From Acidimicrobiia bacterium (lineage in GTDB: Bacteria > Actinomycetota > Acidimicrobiia > Spongiisociales > UBA5794): a DNA stretch of 62,013 nucleotides. The stretch's first letter is position 1. Each line of letters begins with the position of its first letter. A program made the position numbers and the translations under genes. The stretch spans positions 1 through 62,013 of the forward strand of contig JBPCMS010000034.1 in NCBI GenBank assembly GCA_051002015.1. Direction: 5' to 3'. The notes under the pieces are model-generated. The model was not told where the DNA came from. It did not search any database and worked only from the letters and a program-made list of their open reading frames with translations. Shown here in pieces: positions 44,674 to 54,138 of the stretch.

Positions 44674-46188
44674 GTGCAACGCGACGCGATTCTGTCAGCT
44701 CTCGGTCTTGCCGACGTCAACCGGGGCGCATACGCCGGCGGCTGGCTCGAGACCACGGGCGACGAGCTGGTCAGCGAGAACCCGGCCACCGGCGATCCCA
44801 TCGCCGCCGTCACCCAGGCAACCCTCGACGAGTACGACGCCGTGGTCGCCAGCTCGGTGGAGACCTTCAACCGGTGGCGGATGCTGCCGCCGCCCGAGCG
44901 GGGCGGCCACGTCCGCCGCATCGCCGATGCCCTCCGCAGCTACAAGGAGCCGCTGGGCTCCCTGGTCAGCCTGGAGATGGGCAAGATCAGGGCCGAGGGC
45001 GAGGGTGAGGTCCAGGAGATGATCGACATCGCCGACTTCTCCGTCGGCCTGTCCCGCCAACTCTACGGGCTGACCATGGCCAGCGAACGCCCCCGCCACC
45101 GCATGTACGAGCAGTGGCACCCGCTAGGCCCGGTCGGGGTGATCACCGCCTTCAACTTCCCGGTGGCGGTGTGGAGCTGGAACACCTGCATCGCCGCCGT
45201 GTGCGGCGACACCAACATCTGGAAGCCGTCGAGCCACGTCCCCCTCGCCGCCGTCGCCGTCACCAACATCTGTCACGAGGTGATGGAGGGGACCGGGTTC
45301 GAGGGGGTGTTCAACCTGGTGATCGGCCGCGGTTCCACCGTGGGCGACACCATGATCAACGACCGCCGCATCCCGCTGATCTCGGCCACCGGGTCGACCG
45401 CAATGGGCGAGAAGGTCGGGGTGGCGGTGGCCAAGCGGGTGGGCCGCTCCCTCCTCGAGCTGGGCGGGAACAACGCCATCATCGTCATGGACGACGCCGA
45501 CCTCGACCTGGTCACCAGGGGCGCCCTGTTCGCCGCCGTTGGCACCGCCGGGCAGCGCTGCACCTCGTTGCGCCGGCTGATCGTCCACCGAGGTGTCGCC
45601 GACGTCATGGCCAAGCGGCTGGTGGACGCCTACGGCCAGGTGCCGATCGGCGACCCGCTCGTGGTCGGCACCCTGATGGGTCCGCTGATCACCCCCGGCG
45701 CCGTCGATGACATGATGAAGGCGATCGACCAGGCCAAGCAGCAGGGGGGTGAGGTGCTGGTCGGCGGCAACATGCTCGACCGTCCCGGCAACTTCGTCGA
45801 GCCCACCATCATCAGGATCCCCGGCGACGCCGCCATCGTCCAGGAGGAGACCTTCGCCCCCATCCTCTACTTCATCGAGGTTGGCGGGCTGGATGAGGCG
45901 ATCGCCGTCCAGAACGGGGTGCGCCAGGGGTTGTCCTCGGCGATCTTCACCGACTCGATGAAGAGCGCCGAGCGGTTCCTGTCGGCGGAGGGCTCGGACT
46001 GCGGCATCGCCAACGTCAACATCGGGACCTCGGGTGCCGAGATCGGCGGGGCGTTCGGCGGTGAGAAGGAGACCGGCGGTGGCCGAGAGGCCGGGTCGGA
46101 CTCGTGGAAGATCTACATGCGCCGCCAGACGGTCACCATCAACTGGAGCGACGACCTCCCCCTGGCCCAGGGCATCGAGTTCGGCTGA
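44674..46188 (+). CDS. ALDH7-type aldehyde dehydrogenase (piperideine-6-carboxylate / aminoadipate-semialdehyde dehydrogenase-like)
   Basis: 504 aa. The N-terminal LGLADVNRGAYAGGW..SENPATGDPIA is typical of the ALDH7 family. The catalytic region is ELGGNNA .. GTAGQRCTS. Confidence 0.9.
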   Translation: MQRDAILSALGLADVNRGAYAGGWLETTGDELVSENPATGDPIAAVTQATLDEYDAVVASSVETFNRWRMLPPPERGGHVRRIADALRSYKEPLGSLVSLEMGKIRAEGEGEVQEMIDIADFSVGLSRQLYGLTMASERPRHRMYEQWHPLGPVGVITAFNFPVAVWSWNTCIAAVCGDTNIWKPSSHVPLAAVAVTNICHEVMEGTGFEGVFNLVIGRGSTVGDTMINDRRIPLISATGSTAMGEKVGVAVAKRVGRSLLELGGNNAIIVMDDADLDLVTRGALFAAVGTAGQRCTSLRRLIVHRGVADVMAKRLVDAYGQVPIGDPLVVGTLMGPLITPGAVDDMMKAIDQAKQQGGEVLVGGNMLDRPGNFVEPTIIRIPGDAAIVQEETFAPILYFIEVGGLDEAIAVQNGVRQGLSSAIFTDSMKSAERFLSAEGSDCGIANVNIGTSGAEIGGAFGGEKETGGGREAGSDSWKIYMRRQTVTINWSDDLPLAQGIEFG

Positions 46189-46206
46189 TCGGCAAGGCCT
46201 CCGGGA

Positions 46207-46259
46207 GCGAACTTTGAGCGTCTCACACCATCAGGCGGGGTGAGGCGCTCAAAGTTTGC
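46207..46259. repeat. 53-bp hairpin element, copy 1
   Basis: GCGAACTTTGAGCGTCTCAC-ACCATCAGGCGGG-GTGAGGCGCTCAAAGTTTGC, with 18 of 20 arm positions complementary. It lies 19 nt after the ALDH stop. Confidence 0.75.
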
Positions 46260-46298
46260 TTGAGGATCGACGATCGAACATGGGACGGCGGCCCGTGC

Positions 46299-46691
46299 TC
46301 ACGCTCCTCGTCGCCGCGAGGCGATGAGGATGCCGACGTTGGCCACCGTGAACGGCACCAGATAGGTCACCGCGGCCTTCACCCAGGTCGCCGTCGAGGC
46401 GTCGCCGCGGAGGACGATGTCGAGGTGGTTGATGGCGAACAGCACCGTGCCAACCAGGAGGGCGACCTTGGTGGTGGCCCACAGGTGGGGGCGGAAACCG
46501 ACCACATGGCGCGCTTCCCGCCAGGTCGCCCACGTCGGCGTGACCTGGTGTTCGGCGCCGGGAGGCGTTACATCCGAGCCGCGGTTGCGGCGGGTCCGAT
46601 CGTCGGCGTGGTCCACGCTTGGCAGGCTAGAGCCCGGCGGAAGACGGCGGGCCGCGCCGAGCCCCGTCAGGGGGCGCCGATCGGCGACCAC
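46299..46691 (-). CDS. NrtS-like small membrane protein (two TM)
   Basis: The C-terminal 68 aa (VVGFRPHLWATTKVALLVGTVLFAINHLDIVLRGDA..VTYLVPFTVANVGILIA) match the NrtS-type family by eye. The full ORF has coding-like GC3, but an internal GTG (46503-46505) is an alternative start that would remove the 25-nt overlap with the upstream gene. Confidence 0.5.
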   Translation of the reverse strand: MVADRRPLTGLGAARRLPPGSSLPSVDHADDRTRRNRGSDVTPPGAEHQVTPTWATWREARHVVGFRPHLWATTKVALLVGTVLFAINHLDIVLRGDASTATWVKAAVTYLVPFTVANVGILIASRRRGA

Positions 46692-48055
46692 ACCGCCGTG
46701 TCCCGGTGGAACTGGCTCCAGGCGAACCAGAATGCCTGGTGGGTCGGGAGCTCCGAGTCACCGGCCGAGGCGCGGAATCCGCCGCCGTCTCCCACCAGCT
46801 CCACGCCACCAAGCTCCACCGACCGCCCCTCGGCCAGCGCCGCCCGGGCGGCGTCGACGGGGAAGGCGAGCGCCTGACCCTGCTCGGTGACCACCCCGAC
46901 GACCTGGGCCTGGACCGGCAACCGGGGATCGACCGGCCCGATGGGGAAGATGGGACCGTCGTCGTCCCTCCCGCCGAGGGGATCGAGCGGGTAGGTGCGG
47001 AAGATGCCGCCGTCCTCGGCCACGATGAGGGTGTCGGGATGGGCGGCGCGCCACTCCGCCCAGGTGCTTGCCACCACCGTGGTCTGGGCGAGCACCACGC
47101 CGGCTTCTCGTAGCGGCCCTGACAGCGCCTCCCCGGTGAACGTGTCGAACACCGAGCGGGTCCGCAGGTCGTACATCACCTTGTTCGAGCGCGACAGCAA
47201 CCCCGACGTGCGGAGCACGGGCTGCTCGAAGCCACCGGGTACCTGGTCGGTGTAGTAGGCCTGCGCCGAGCCGCACAGGGTGCAGTACGGGATGCCGAGA
47301 CGGCGCCCCCCGAGCGTCATGTTCACCATCTCGTGCACCTCCATGATGTTCCTGGGCAGGGCGACCGCCTCATCACCTTCGACGATCCCGAACACGATGG
47401 CGTCGTCCGGGTACCAGTCCCCCTGGTCGGCCGGGGTCAACGCCGGGTCGTCGAGCGCCGGGATGCACCCGCGCAGGCACGACTCGGGATCGCCCAGTTC
47501 GCGCTCGTCGATGAGCACGCCACCCCACGACACCAGGCGCCAGTCGATGGCAGACTCGGCGTCGGCGAAGAAGGGAGCCCAATGGGGCTCGACCAGCAGG
47601 AACAGCTCGGCCTTCTGTTCCCGGTAGTCGGGTGGGGCCGGGCGATCCCATGCGATGAGGTGGTTGGTCACGCTGCGCCAGGCGCCGGAGGCGAAGTCGG
47701 GGTCGGCGGCCGGGTCGACACCGGTCAGCTCTACGAAGGCCTCCACCAGGGCGTCGGTGTCGGGGCCGGGCGGCACGAAGCGCATGGCGTCGGACACCAG
47801 CCAGGCCACCCGGGCGTCGCCGGCATCGGCGAGCCGGCTCACCGCCTCCCCATCGAGGGCACGCTCTCGCAGCGACTCGACGATGCGGGTCCAAGCCGTG
47901 GCGACGGAGGGATCCACCGAGCCGTCACCGATGGGTGGCGCCGCCGGGTACTCGTAGCCGGGCGGATCCGAGGTTGGCGTGAAGGCCGCGTCCCCCTCTC
48001 GGGCGCCGCACGCCCCGATCGCCACCATCCCCGCCACCAACAGCAGGGTCTTCAC
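46667..48055 (-). CDS. DUF3179-domain lipoprotein
   Basis: Has a lipobox signal (MKTLLLVAGMVAIGACG) and the DUF3179 hallmark IPYCTLCGSAQAY. Confidence 0.8.
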   Translation of the reverse strand: MKTLLLVAGMVAIGACGAREGDAAFTPTSDPPGYEYPAAPPIGDGSVDPSVATAWTRIVESLRERALDGEAVSRLADAGDARVAWLVSDAMRFVPPGPDTDALVEAFVELTGVDPAADPDFASGAWRSVTNHLIAWDRPAPPDYREQKAELFLLVEPHWAPFFADAESAIDWRLVSWGGVLIDERELGDPESCLRGCIPALDDPALTPADQGDWYPDDAIVFGIVEGDEAVALPRNIMEVHEMVNMTLGGRRLGIPYCTLCGSAQAYYTDQVPGGFEQPVLRTSGLLSRSNKVMYDLRTRSVFDTFTGEALSGPLREAGVVLAQTTVVASTWAEWRAAHPDTLIVAEDGGIFRTYPLDPLGGRDDDGPIFPIGPVDPRLPVQAQVVGVVTEQGQALAFPVDAARAALAEGRSVELGGVELVGDGGGFRASAGDSELPTHQAFWFAWSQFHRDTAVWSPIGAP

Positions 48056-48084
48056 CGGTTCACCCTACTCCGAGCACCGATCGA

Positions 48085-48137
48085 GCGAACTTTGAGCGTC
48101 TCACACCGTCAGGCAGGGTGAGGCGCTCAAAGTTCGT
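48085..48137. repeat. 53-bp hairpin element, copy 2
   Basis: GCGAACTTTGAGCGTCTCAC-ACCGTCAGGCAGG-GTGAGGCGCTCAAAGTTCG, in the same orientation as copy 1. Its right arm also encodes the last codons and stop (..NEL*) of the CNNM-family gene. Confidence 0.75.
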
Positions 48138-49395
48138 TTGCTTCCGGGAGGTTGCGGGTCAACCGCACCTTCTCGATGGTGGTACCGGTGACACCCAGCA
48201 CCTCGACGGTCCAGTCCCCGGCGTCGACCGCGTCGCCGGTGACGGCCATCCGGCCTAGCGCGTCGAGCACCAGCCCGGCGATGGTGGAGTAGTCACCGTC
48301 CGGCAGCGCGATGTCGGCTTCGATGAGATCGTGGATCCCGAAGGTGCCACGGACGATCAGCGAGCCGTCCGGCTGCCAGTCGAGGTCGAGCATGTCGCGG
48401 TCGAACTCGTCGTAGATCTCTCCGACCAGTTCCTCGAGCAGGTCCTCGAGGGTGACGATGCCGTCGACCCCGCCGTATTCGTCGACCACCACGGCGAGGT
48501 GCTGGCGTTCCCGCTGCATCCGACGCAGGGCGTCGAGCACCAGCACGGTGTCGGGCAGAGCCAGGATCTTGGAGGTGTGGTCGCTCACCAACCCCGTCGA
48601 CCCCACCAGGTCCTTGAGGTGGACGACGGCATGGGTCTCGTCGAGCGAACCGGTGTACACCGGGGCCCGGGAATGGGTCGAGTCGAGCAGCCGGGTCACC
48701 CCATCGGCGGCGGGAAGGTCGGCGGGGAGCCCGGTCACCCGGGTGCGGGGCACCATCACGTCGCGCACGGTCAGCGTTGCCGACTCGAAGGCGCCGACAA
48801 CGATGGTGCGTTGGTGGAGGGTGAGGGCGCGGTGGGTCGACACCAGGTACTTGACCTCCTCTTCCGAGACGTCGTCCCTGACGTGGTCGGGATCGCCCCC
48901 GAAGAGCCGGACCACGATGTTGGTGGAGATGCCGAGCAGCCAGATGACCGGGCCGGTCAGCTTGGCGAGCAGCTCGAGGGGGCGGGCCGCCACCAGGCTC
49001 CATGCCTCGGGCCGTTGCAGCGCCAGCCGCTTTGGTACCAGCTCGCCGAACACCAGGCTGAGGAAGGCGAGGCCGATGGTCACCAGCACGATGGCGGCAG
49101 GCCGGGCGAAGTCGCCCAAGGGGTCGAGCGCCTCGGCGACCGGGGTCGCCAGGGTTACGGCGGCGGTGGCGCTGGCCAGCATCCCCGCCAGGGTTATCCC
49201 TATCTGGATGGTTGCCAGCAGCCGGTTGGGCTCACCGGTGAGCCGGCCGACGGCGCGACCGGTGGCGCCCCGCTCCTCCAGCGACTCGATCTGGGCCTGA
49301 CGCAGCGAGATCATGGCGAGTTCGCTCCCGGCGAACACGCCGTTGAAGATCACCAGCACCGCCACCAGCACGAGCTGGATCCACACCGCTTCCAA
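48127..49395 (-). CDS. CNNM/HlyC/CorC-family transporter-associated protein (DUF21 + CBS pair + CorC_HlyC)
   Basis: The DUF21 N-terminus is [23 protein letters not shown], followed by a CBS pair and a C-terminal transporter-associated domain. TTG 49393-49395 (GGAGG 6 nt upstream) is preferred. ORF-track start 49479 and ATG 49470 are alternatives. Confidence 0.8.
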   Translation of the reverse strand: MEAVWIQLVLVAVLVIFNGVFAGSELAMISLRQAQIESLEERGATGRAVGRLTGEPNRLLATIQIGITLAGMLASATAAVTLATPVAEALDPLGDFARPAAIVLVTIGLAFLSLVFGELVPKRLALQRPEAWSLVAARPLELLAKLTGPVIWLLGISTNIVVRLFGGDPDHVRDDVSEEEVKYLVSTHRALTLHQRTIVVGAFESATLTVRDVMVPRTRVTGLPADLPAADGVTRLLDSTHSRAPVYTGSLDETHAVVHLKDLVGSTGLVSDHTSKILALPDTVLVLDALRRMQRERQHLAVVVDEYGGVDGIVTLEDLLEELVGEIYDEFDRDMLDLDWQPDGSLIVRGTFGIHDLIEADIALPDGDYSTIAGLVLDALGRMAVTGDAVDAGDWTVEVLGVTGTTIEKVRLTRNLPEANEL

Positions 49396-49507
49396 CCACG
49401 ACCTCCGAGGAGAACCTACGGACGCCAGGTTACGCCGTCCCTGGTGCAGGGTGGCACGGATGTGTTCCATCTGGTACAATCATTGACCCAGTTGGATCGG
49501 AGGAACC

Positions 49508-49957
49508 GTGTCGACCAGGACCAGAACCGGTACCGGTGCGGTCGTCGAGGTGCTCGGTGGGCTCCGAGCGCTGAAGAGGGAGATCCGGACCACCGCTGAC
49601 TTGGCCGAGGCGGTGGAGACCGGGCTCCCCCTCGCCTCGCTGGGTATCGTCGTCCGCCGGGTGGCCGGGGAGGGTCGGCAGGCGACCGAGCTCACACACC
49701 GGGTCGTGCCCAAGACGACGCTGCAGCGGCGCCACGACCGCCTCTCGCCCGACGAGAGCCAACGTCTCGAACGACTCGCTCGTCTCACCGCGCTCGCCGA
49801 GCGCGTCTGGGACGACCCCGAGCCGGCTCACGAGTTCCTGGTCAGCCCGCAGCCGCAGCTTGGCGGTGAACGGCCGGTCGACCTGATCCGCACCGATCTC
49901 GGCACCCGCCGGGTCGAAGACCTCCTCTGGTCGCTCGAGTACTCCCTCCCCGTCTGA
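49508..49957 (+). CDS. Xre/MbcA/ParS-type antitoxin (DUF2384)
   Basis: GTG 49508 after GGAGGA. The C-terminal segment HEFLVSPQPQLGGERPVDLIRTDLGTRRVEDLLWSLEY is typical of DUF2384. A TACAAT -10-like hexamer lies at 49475-49480. Confidence 0.8.
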   Translation: MSTRTRTGTGAVVEVLGGLRALKREIRTTADLAEAVETGLPLASLGIVVRRVAGEGRQATELTHRVVPKTTLQRRHDRLSPDESQRLERLARLTALAERVWDDPEPAHEFLVSPQPQLGGERPVDLIRTDLGTRRVEDLLWSLEYSLPV

Positions 49958-50409
49958 TGGCGACCGGATGGCGGATCACCAAGACCCGCCACCACCCCTT
50001 CGATGGCACCGGCGCTCGGCTGCGCGGCGCCCGCTGGAACTCGCCGGGCCGGGAGGTCGTCTACGCCGCCGACACCTATGCGGGCGCCATCCTGGAGATC
50101 CTCGCCCACGCCTTGCGACCCAGAACGCTTCCCGGCGCACAGCAGGCGGTGCGCATCGACATCCCCGACGACCTGGTGGAGACCCTCGATCCCGACCGAC
50201 TGGCTGGGTGGGACACCAGGGAATCACCGGAGGCACGGACATTCGGTGACCGCTGGCTGGATGAAGGACGTTCGGCGGTGCTGTCGGTCCCTTCGGTCCC
50301 GGCCCGCCCCATCGGTCGGATGCTTATCGTCAACCCGCTCCATCCCCAGGCCGGGGCCATCAAGCTCTCCGATCCCTTCCCCGTTCCCTGGGACGAACGC
50401 CTGTTCTGA
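49957..50409 (+). CDS. RES-domain toxin (MbcT/ParT-like NAD-targeting)
   Basis: Starts within the antitoxin stop (TGATG). Has GARWNSPGREVVYAADTYAGAILEILAH and the SVPS motif. Confidence 0.85.
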   Translation: MATGWRITKTRHHPFDGTGARLRGARWNSPGREVVYAADTYAGAILEILAHALRPRTLPGAQQAVRIDIPDDLVETLDPDRLAGWDTRESPEARTFGDRWLDEGRSAVLSVPSVPARPIGRMLIVNPLHPQAGAIKLSDPFPVPWDERLF

Positions 50410-50482
50410 CCGAGACTCGCCACAGCCTCCCCGCTGATCAAGGCTCGGCCTGGCTCAAAGGGTCGCCGTTAGGCTGCCCGCC

Positions 50483-51244
50483 ATGTTGCTCAACGGGATG
50501 TCGGCCATCGTCACCGGCGGCGCCTCCGGGCTTGGGGCCGCCACCGCCCGCCGTCTCGCCACCGACGGCGCCAAGGTGGTCCTGGTCGATCTGCAGGTGG
50601 AGGCCGGTGAGGCCACCGCCGCCGAGATCGGCGGCGTCTACGTCCACGCCGACGTCACCGACCCCGACCAGGTGCGGGCGGCGGTCGTCGCCGCCGTGGA
50701 GATGGGACCGCTGCGGGCGCTGGTCAACTGCGCCGGCATCGGCACCGCCGCCAAGACGGTCGACCGGGAGGGCAACCCCCACGACCTCGCCCAGTTCACC
50801 AGGGTGGTGTCGATCAACCTGATCGGCAGCTTCAACTGCATCAGGCTGGCGGCGGCGGCGATGACCCGCAACGAACCCGACCCCGCCGGGGAGCGGGGCG
50901 CCATCGTCAACACCGCCTCGGTGGCCGCCTTCGACGGGCAGGTGGGCCAGGCCGCCTACTCGGCGTCCAAGGGTGGGGTGGTGGCGATGACGCTGCCCAT
51001 CGCCCGCGACCTGGCGCAGAGCGGCATCAGGGTCAACACCATCGCCCCCGGGATCATGGACACCCCGATGTTGGCCGGTCTCCCCGAAGCGGCCCGGGAG
51101 TCGCTCGGACACCAGGTGCTCAACCCGCCGCGCCTGGGCACCCCCGACGAGTTCGCCGCCCTCGTTCACTTCCTGCTCACCCACGGATACATGAACGCGG
51201 AGACGGTGCGGATGGATGGCGGCATCCGCATGGCGCCCCGCTAG
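50483..51244 (+). CDS. SDR-family oxidoreductase (3-hydroxyacyl-CoA dehydrogenase type-2-like)
   Basis: Has TGGASGLG, NCAGIG and YSASKGGV (the YxxxK catalytic motif). Confidence 0.9.
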   Translation: MLLNGMSAIVTGGASGLGAATARRLATDGAKVVLVDLQVEAGEATAAEIGGVYVHADVTDPDQVRAAVVAAVEMGPLRALVNCAGIGTAAKTVDREGNPHDLAQFTRVVSINLIGSFNCIRLAAAAMTRNEPDPAGERGAIVNTASVAAFDGQVGQAAYSASKGGVVAMTLPIARDLAQSGIRVNTIAPGIMDTPMLAGLPEAARESLGHQVLNPPRLGTPDEFAALVHFLLTHGYMNAETVRMDGGIRMAPR

Positions 51245-51253
51245 CGACCCGCC

Positions 51254-52621
51254 GTGCCCAGCCTGCTCGTCCGCAACGCCACCGTGCTGGTGACGATGGA
51301 CGACGACCGGAGCGAGATCCCCGGGGGTGGGCTCTACGCCGAGGAGGGGCGCATCGTCGCCGTCGGGCCCACCGACCGGCTGCCGGTGACCGCAGACGAG
51401 GTGGTCGATCTCACCGGCCGTCTCGTGCTCCCCGGGCTAATCAACACCCACCATCACCTCTACCAGACGCTGACCAGGGCGGTGCCCGGAGCCCAGGACG
51501 CCGGGTTGTTCGACTGGCTCCGCACCCTGTACCCGATGTGGGGACGGATGCGACCCGAGCACATCACGGTGTCCGCCACCGTGGGTCTGGCCGAGCTGGC
51601 TCTGTCCGGGTGCACCACCGCCTTCGACCACCTGTACCTGTTCCCCAACGGGAGCCGGCTCGACGACGAGTTCGAGGGTGCCGAAGCGGTGGGGATCCGG
51701 CTGGTGGCCTCGCGGGGGTCGATGAGCCTGGGGGAGAGCAAGGGCGGGCTGCCCCCCGACCACCTGGTCGAGGACGAGGACGCCATCCTCGAGGACTGCC
51801 TGCGGGTGATCGACCGATTCCACGACCCTGCCCCGGGGGCGATGACCCAGGTGGTGGTGGCCCCGTGCTCGCCGTTCTCGGTCACCGTCGACCTGATGCG
51901 CTCCGCCGCCGAGCTGGCCCGAGAACGGGGCGTGCGGCTCCACACCCACCTGGCCGAGACCATGGACGAGGAGGACTTCTGTGTGGAGCGGTTCGGGCGG
52001 CGCCCGATGGAGCTGATGGCGGACGTCGGCTGGCTCGGCGACGACGTCTGGTACGCCCACGCCGTGTACGCCGACGACGCCGACATCTCCGCCATGGCGG
52101 CGAGCGGGACCGGGGTGGCCCACTGCCCCACCTCGAACATGCGGCTCGCCTCCGGGATCGCCCCCATCCGCCGTTACCTGGCGGCCGGGGTGCCGGTGGG
52201 GCTCGGGGTGGACGGGTCGGCCAGCAACGACGGGTCGCATCTGCTGGCCGAGGCCCGCCAGGCGATGCTGCTGGGCCGGCTCGCCGCCTCCCCCAGCCTC
52301 GAGGGCGGCCCGCTGCTCACCGCCCGCACCGCCCTCGAGCTGGCCACCAGGGGCGGCGCCGCCGTTCTGGGCCGGACCGACATCGGGGTGCTCGAACCGG
52401 GCCGGTGCGCCGACCTGGTCGCCATCTCGCTCGACCAGGTCGGGTTTGCCGGGGCGATGCACGACCCGGTGGCCGCCGCCGTGCTCTGCGCCCCATCCGG
52501 GGTGGATGTGTCGATCGTGGGTGGACGGGTGGTGGTCGACCAGGGCCGTCTGGTCGGGCTCGAGCTCGAACCGGTCATCGAGCGTCACAACCGCCTCGCC
52601 GCCGAGCTGGTGAACGGATGA
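51254..52621 (+). CDS. Amidohydrolase, 8-oxoguanine deaminase / SsnA-like
   Basis: GTG start. Has LPGLINTHHHLYQTLTR, HLAET, HCPTSNMRL and LGVDGSASND. Confidence 0.85.
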   Translation: MPSLLVRNATVLVTMDDDRSEIPGGGLYAEEGRIVAVGPTDRLPVTADEVVDLTGRLVLPGLINTHHHLYQTLTRAVPGAQDAGLFDWLRTLYPMWGRMRPEHITVSATVGLAELALSGCTTAFDHLYLFPNGSRLDDEFEGAEAVGIRLVASRGSMSLGESKGGLPPDHLVEDEDAILEDCLRVIDRFHDPAPGAMTQVVVAPCSPFSVTVDLMRSAAELARERGVRLHTHLAETMDEEDFCVERFGRRPMELMADVGWLGDDVWYAHAVYADDADISAMAASGTGVAHCPTSNMRLASGIAPIRRYLAAGVPVGLGVDGSASNDGSHLLAEARQAMLLGRLAASPSLEGGPLLTARTALELATRGGAAVLGRTDIGVLEPGRCADLVAISLDQVGFAGAMHDPVAAAVLCAPSGVDVSIVGGRVVVDQGRLVGLELEPVIERHNRLAAELVNG

Positions 52622-52686
52622 CCGGGGGTCATCCATTCACCAGCCCTCCAACGGCTGTCACCCCCGACCGGTAGCATCGACCACCA

Positions 52687-52887
52687 ATGGCGAGGAGCAA
52701 CGTCCAGATCGCGCTCGACCTGGCCCAGCTTGCCGCCGATCTGGTGGCCCAGCGGCACCGCCGGGAACATCCCGAGGCGAGCGACGAGGAGATCCGCGGC
52801 GTGGTCGCCGCCTGGTATGCCAGTCGGCCCCAGGCACCGTACGGCGACGCGGTGGGCATCCCTGGTACCTGGCCGCGCTCCAGATGA
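52687..52887 (+). CDS. Small hypothetical protein (66 aa), possible antitoxin-like partner of the downstream nucleotidyltransferase
   Basis: The stop overlaps the downstream start as ATGA. It looks helical and no family is recognised. Confidence 0.4.
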   Translation: MARSNVQIALDLAQLAADLVAQRHRREHPEASDEEIRGVVAAWYASRPQAPYGDAVGIPGTWPRSR

Positions 52888-53480
52888 CCGAACTGGAGGT
52901 TTCCCTTCGCCAGGTCCTCTCCGATCTGGTGGATGAGGGTCTCCGGTTCGCCCTCGTCGGCGGGCTTGCGGTGTCGGCCCGCGCCGAGCCCCGACTCACC
53001 CGGGACTGCGACTTCGCCGTCTGGGTCGATGGCGACCCCATGGCCGAACAGGTGGTGGCGCAGCTGGCGGGGCGCGGCTACCGGGCCGGTGCGGTGGTCG
53101 AGCAACGGGCGACCGGTCGCCTCGCCGCGGTCCGTCTGGGCGGTCCCGACCCGGAGGGGGCGGTCGTCGATCTCCTGTTCGCCTCGTGTGGTATCGAGCA
53201 GGAGATCGTCACCGAAGCCGAGATGGTCGAGATCCTTCCCGGGCTCGTGGTGCCCCTGGCCCGGACCGGGCACCTCATCGCCATGAAGCTGCTTGCTCGC
53301 GACGACCGTCGCCGCCCGGCCGACCACGACGACCTGCGGTCCTTGGCGTCGATTGCCACCGATGCGGACTGGGAGATGGCGGGCAGCGCCGTCGCCCTCA
53401 TCGAGCAGCGCGGCTACGGGCGCGACCGTGACCTGGGGGGCGCCCTGGTCTCCCTTCGGGCCGGATGGGCCGACTGGTGA
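52884..53480 (+). CDS. Nucleotidyltransferase-fold protein (AbiEii-like / minimal NTase)
   Basis: FALVGGLAVSARAEPRLTRDCDFAV fits the GG..-x-R.T.D.D NTase pattern. The later HLIAMKLLARDDRRRPADHDDL is typical of this group. Confidence 0.6.
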   Translation: MTELEVSLRQVLSDLVDEGLRFALVGGLAVSARAEPRLTRDCDFAVWVDGDPMAEQVVAQLAGRGYRAGAVVEQRATGRLAAVRLGGPDPEGAVVDLLFASCGIEQEIVTEAEMVEILPGLVVPLARTGHLIAMKLLARDDRRRPADHDDLRSLASIATDADWEMAGSAVALIEQRGYGRDRDLGGALVSLRAGWADW

Positions 53481-53484
53481 CCGG

Positions 53485-54138
53485 GTGGACCGGGTGACCG
53501 GCTCGGGGGTTGTGGTGGGTCTGGTGCTGGTGGCGGGGGAGTCGTCGCGGCTCGATCGGGGGGTTCCCAAACAGCTCCTCGATCTGGGCGGCCGGTCGAT
53601 GGCCCGGATCACCGTCGAGGCGGCGGTGGCGTCGACGCTCGACCGGGTGCTGGCGGTCACTGGACGCGCCGCCCAGCAGGTAGCCGCCTCGCTGGGTGAC
53701 ACCTCGGCCACCATCGTCCACAACCCGGACTACCCCAGCGGCAACGTGTCGTCGCTGCTGGCCGGGGTCGACGCCGCCGGCGGCTTCGATGCGGTGATGG
53801 TGCTGCTCGGCGACATGCCCGAGGTCGACACCGCCGTGATCGACGCCATGGCGGAGGCGTGGCGAGAGCACCGTCCGTGGGCGGCCTACGCCGTCTACGA
53901 CAACGGCGTGCCCAACCACCCGTTCGTTCTCTCGGCGGATGCGGTCGGGGTGGTTAGGGCCACCCCCGGCCCCAAGCCGTTGTGGCGGCTGCTGGTGACC
54001 GACCCGCCGCAGCCGGTGCTGGCGGTTCGCATCGCCGCTCCGGCCCCGGTAGACGTCGACACCCCCGCCGACTACGCCGAGCTGCTCGCCCGGGTCAGCG
54101 CCGATCGGGTCAGATCGGACGACGGCGCTTCGAGCTGA
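53485..54138 (+). CDS. MobA/MocA-like NTP transferase (molybdenum cofactor cytidylyl/guanylyltransferase family)
   Basis: Has LVLVAGESSRLDRGVPKQLLDLGG and LLGDMPEV. The start is GTG 53485 or 53494. Confidence 0.75.
   Translation: MDRVTGSGVVVGLVLVAGESSRLDRGVPKQLLDLGGRSMARITVEAAVASTLDRVLAVTGRAAQQVAASLGDTSATIVHNPDYPSGNVSSLLAGVDAAGGFDAVMVLLGDMPEVDTAVIDAMAEAWREHRPWAAYAVYDNGVPNHPFVLSADAVGVVRATPGPKPLWRLLVTDPPQPVLAVRIAAPAPVDVDTPADYAELLARVSADRVRSDDGASS

Noticed and set aside
46034-48121. Shared C-terminal peptide RTLSVSH(H/R)QAG in ORFs 46034-46243 and 47333-48121, as a possible duplicated protein motif.
   Set aside because: Both ORFs are off-frame shadows. The shared tail is simply the translation of the two copies of the 53-bp hairpin element.
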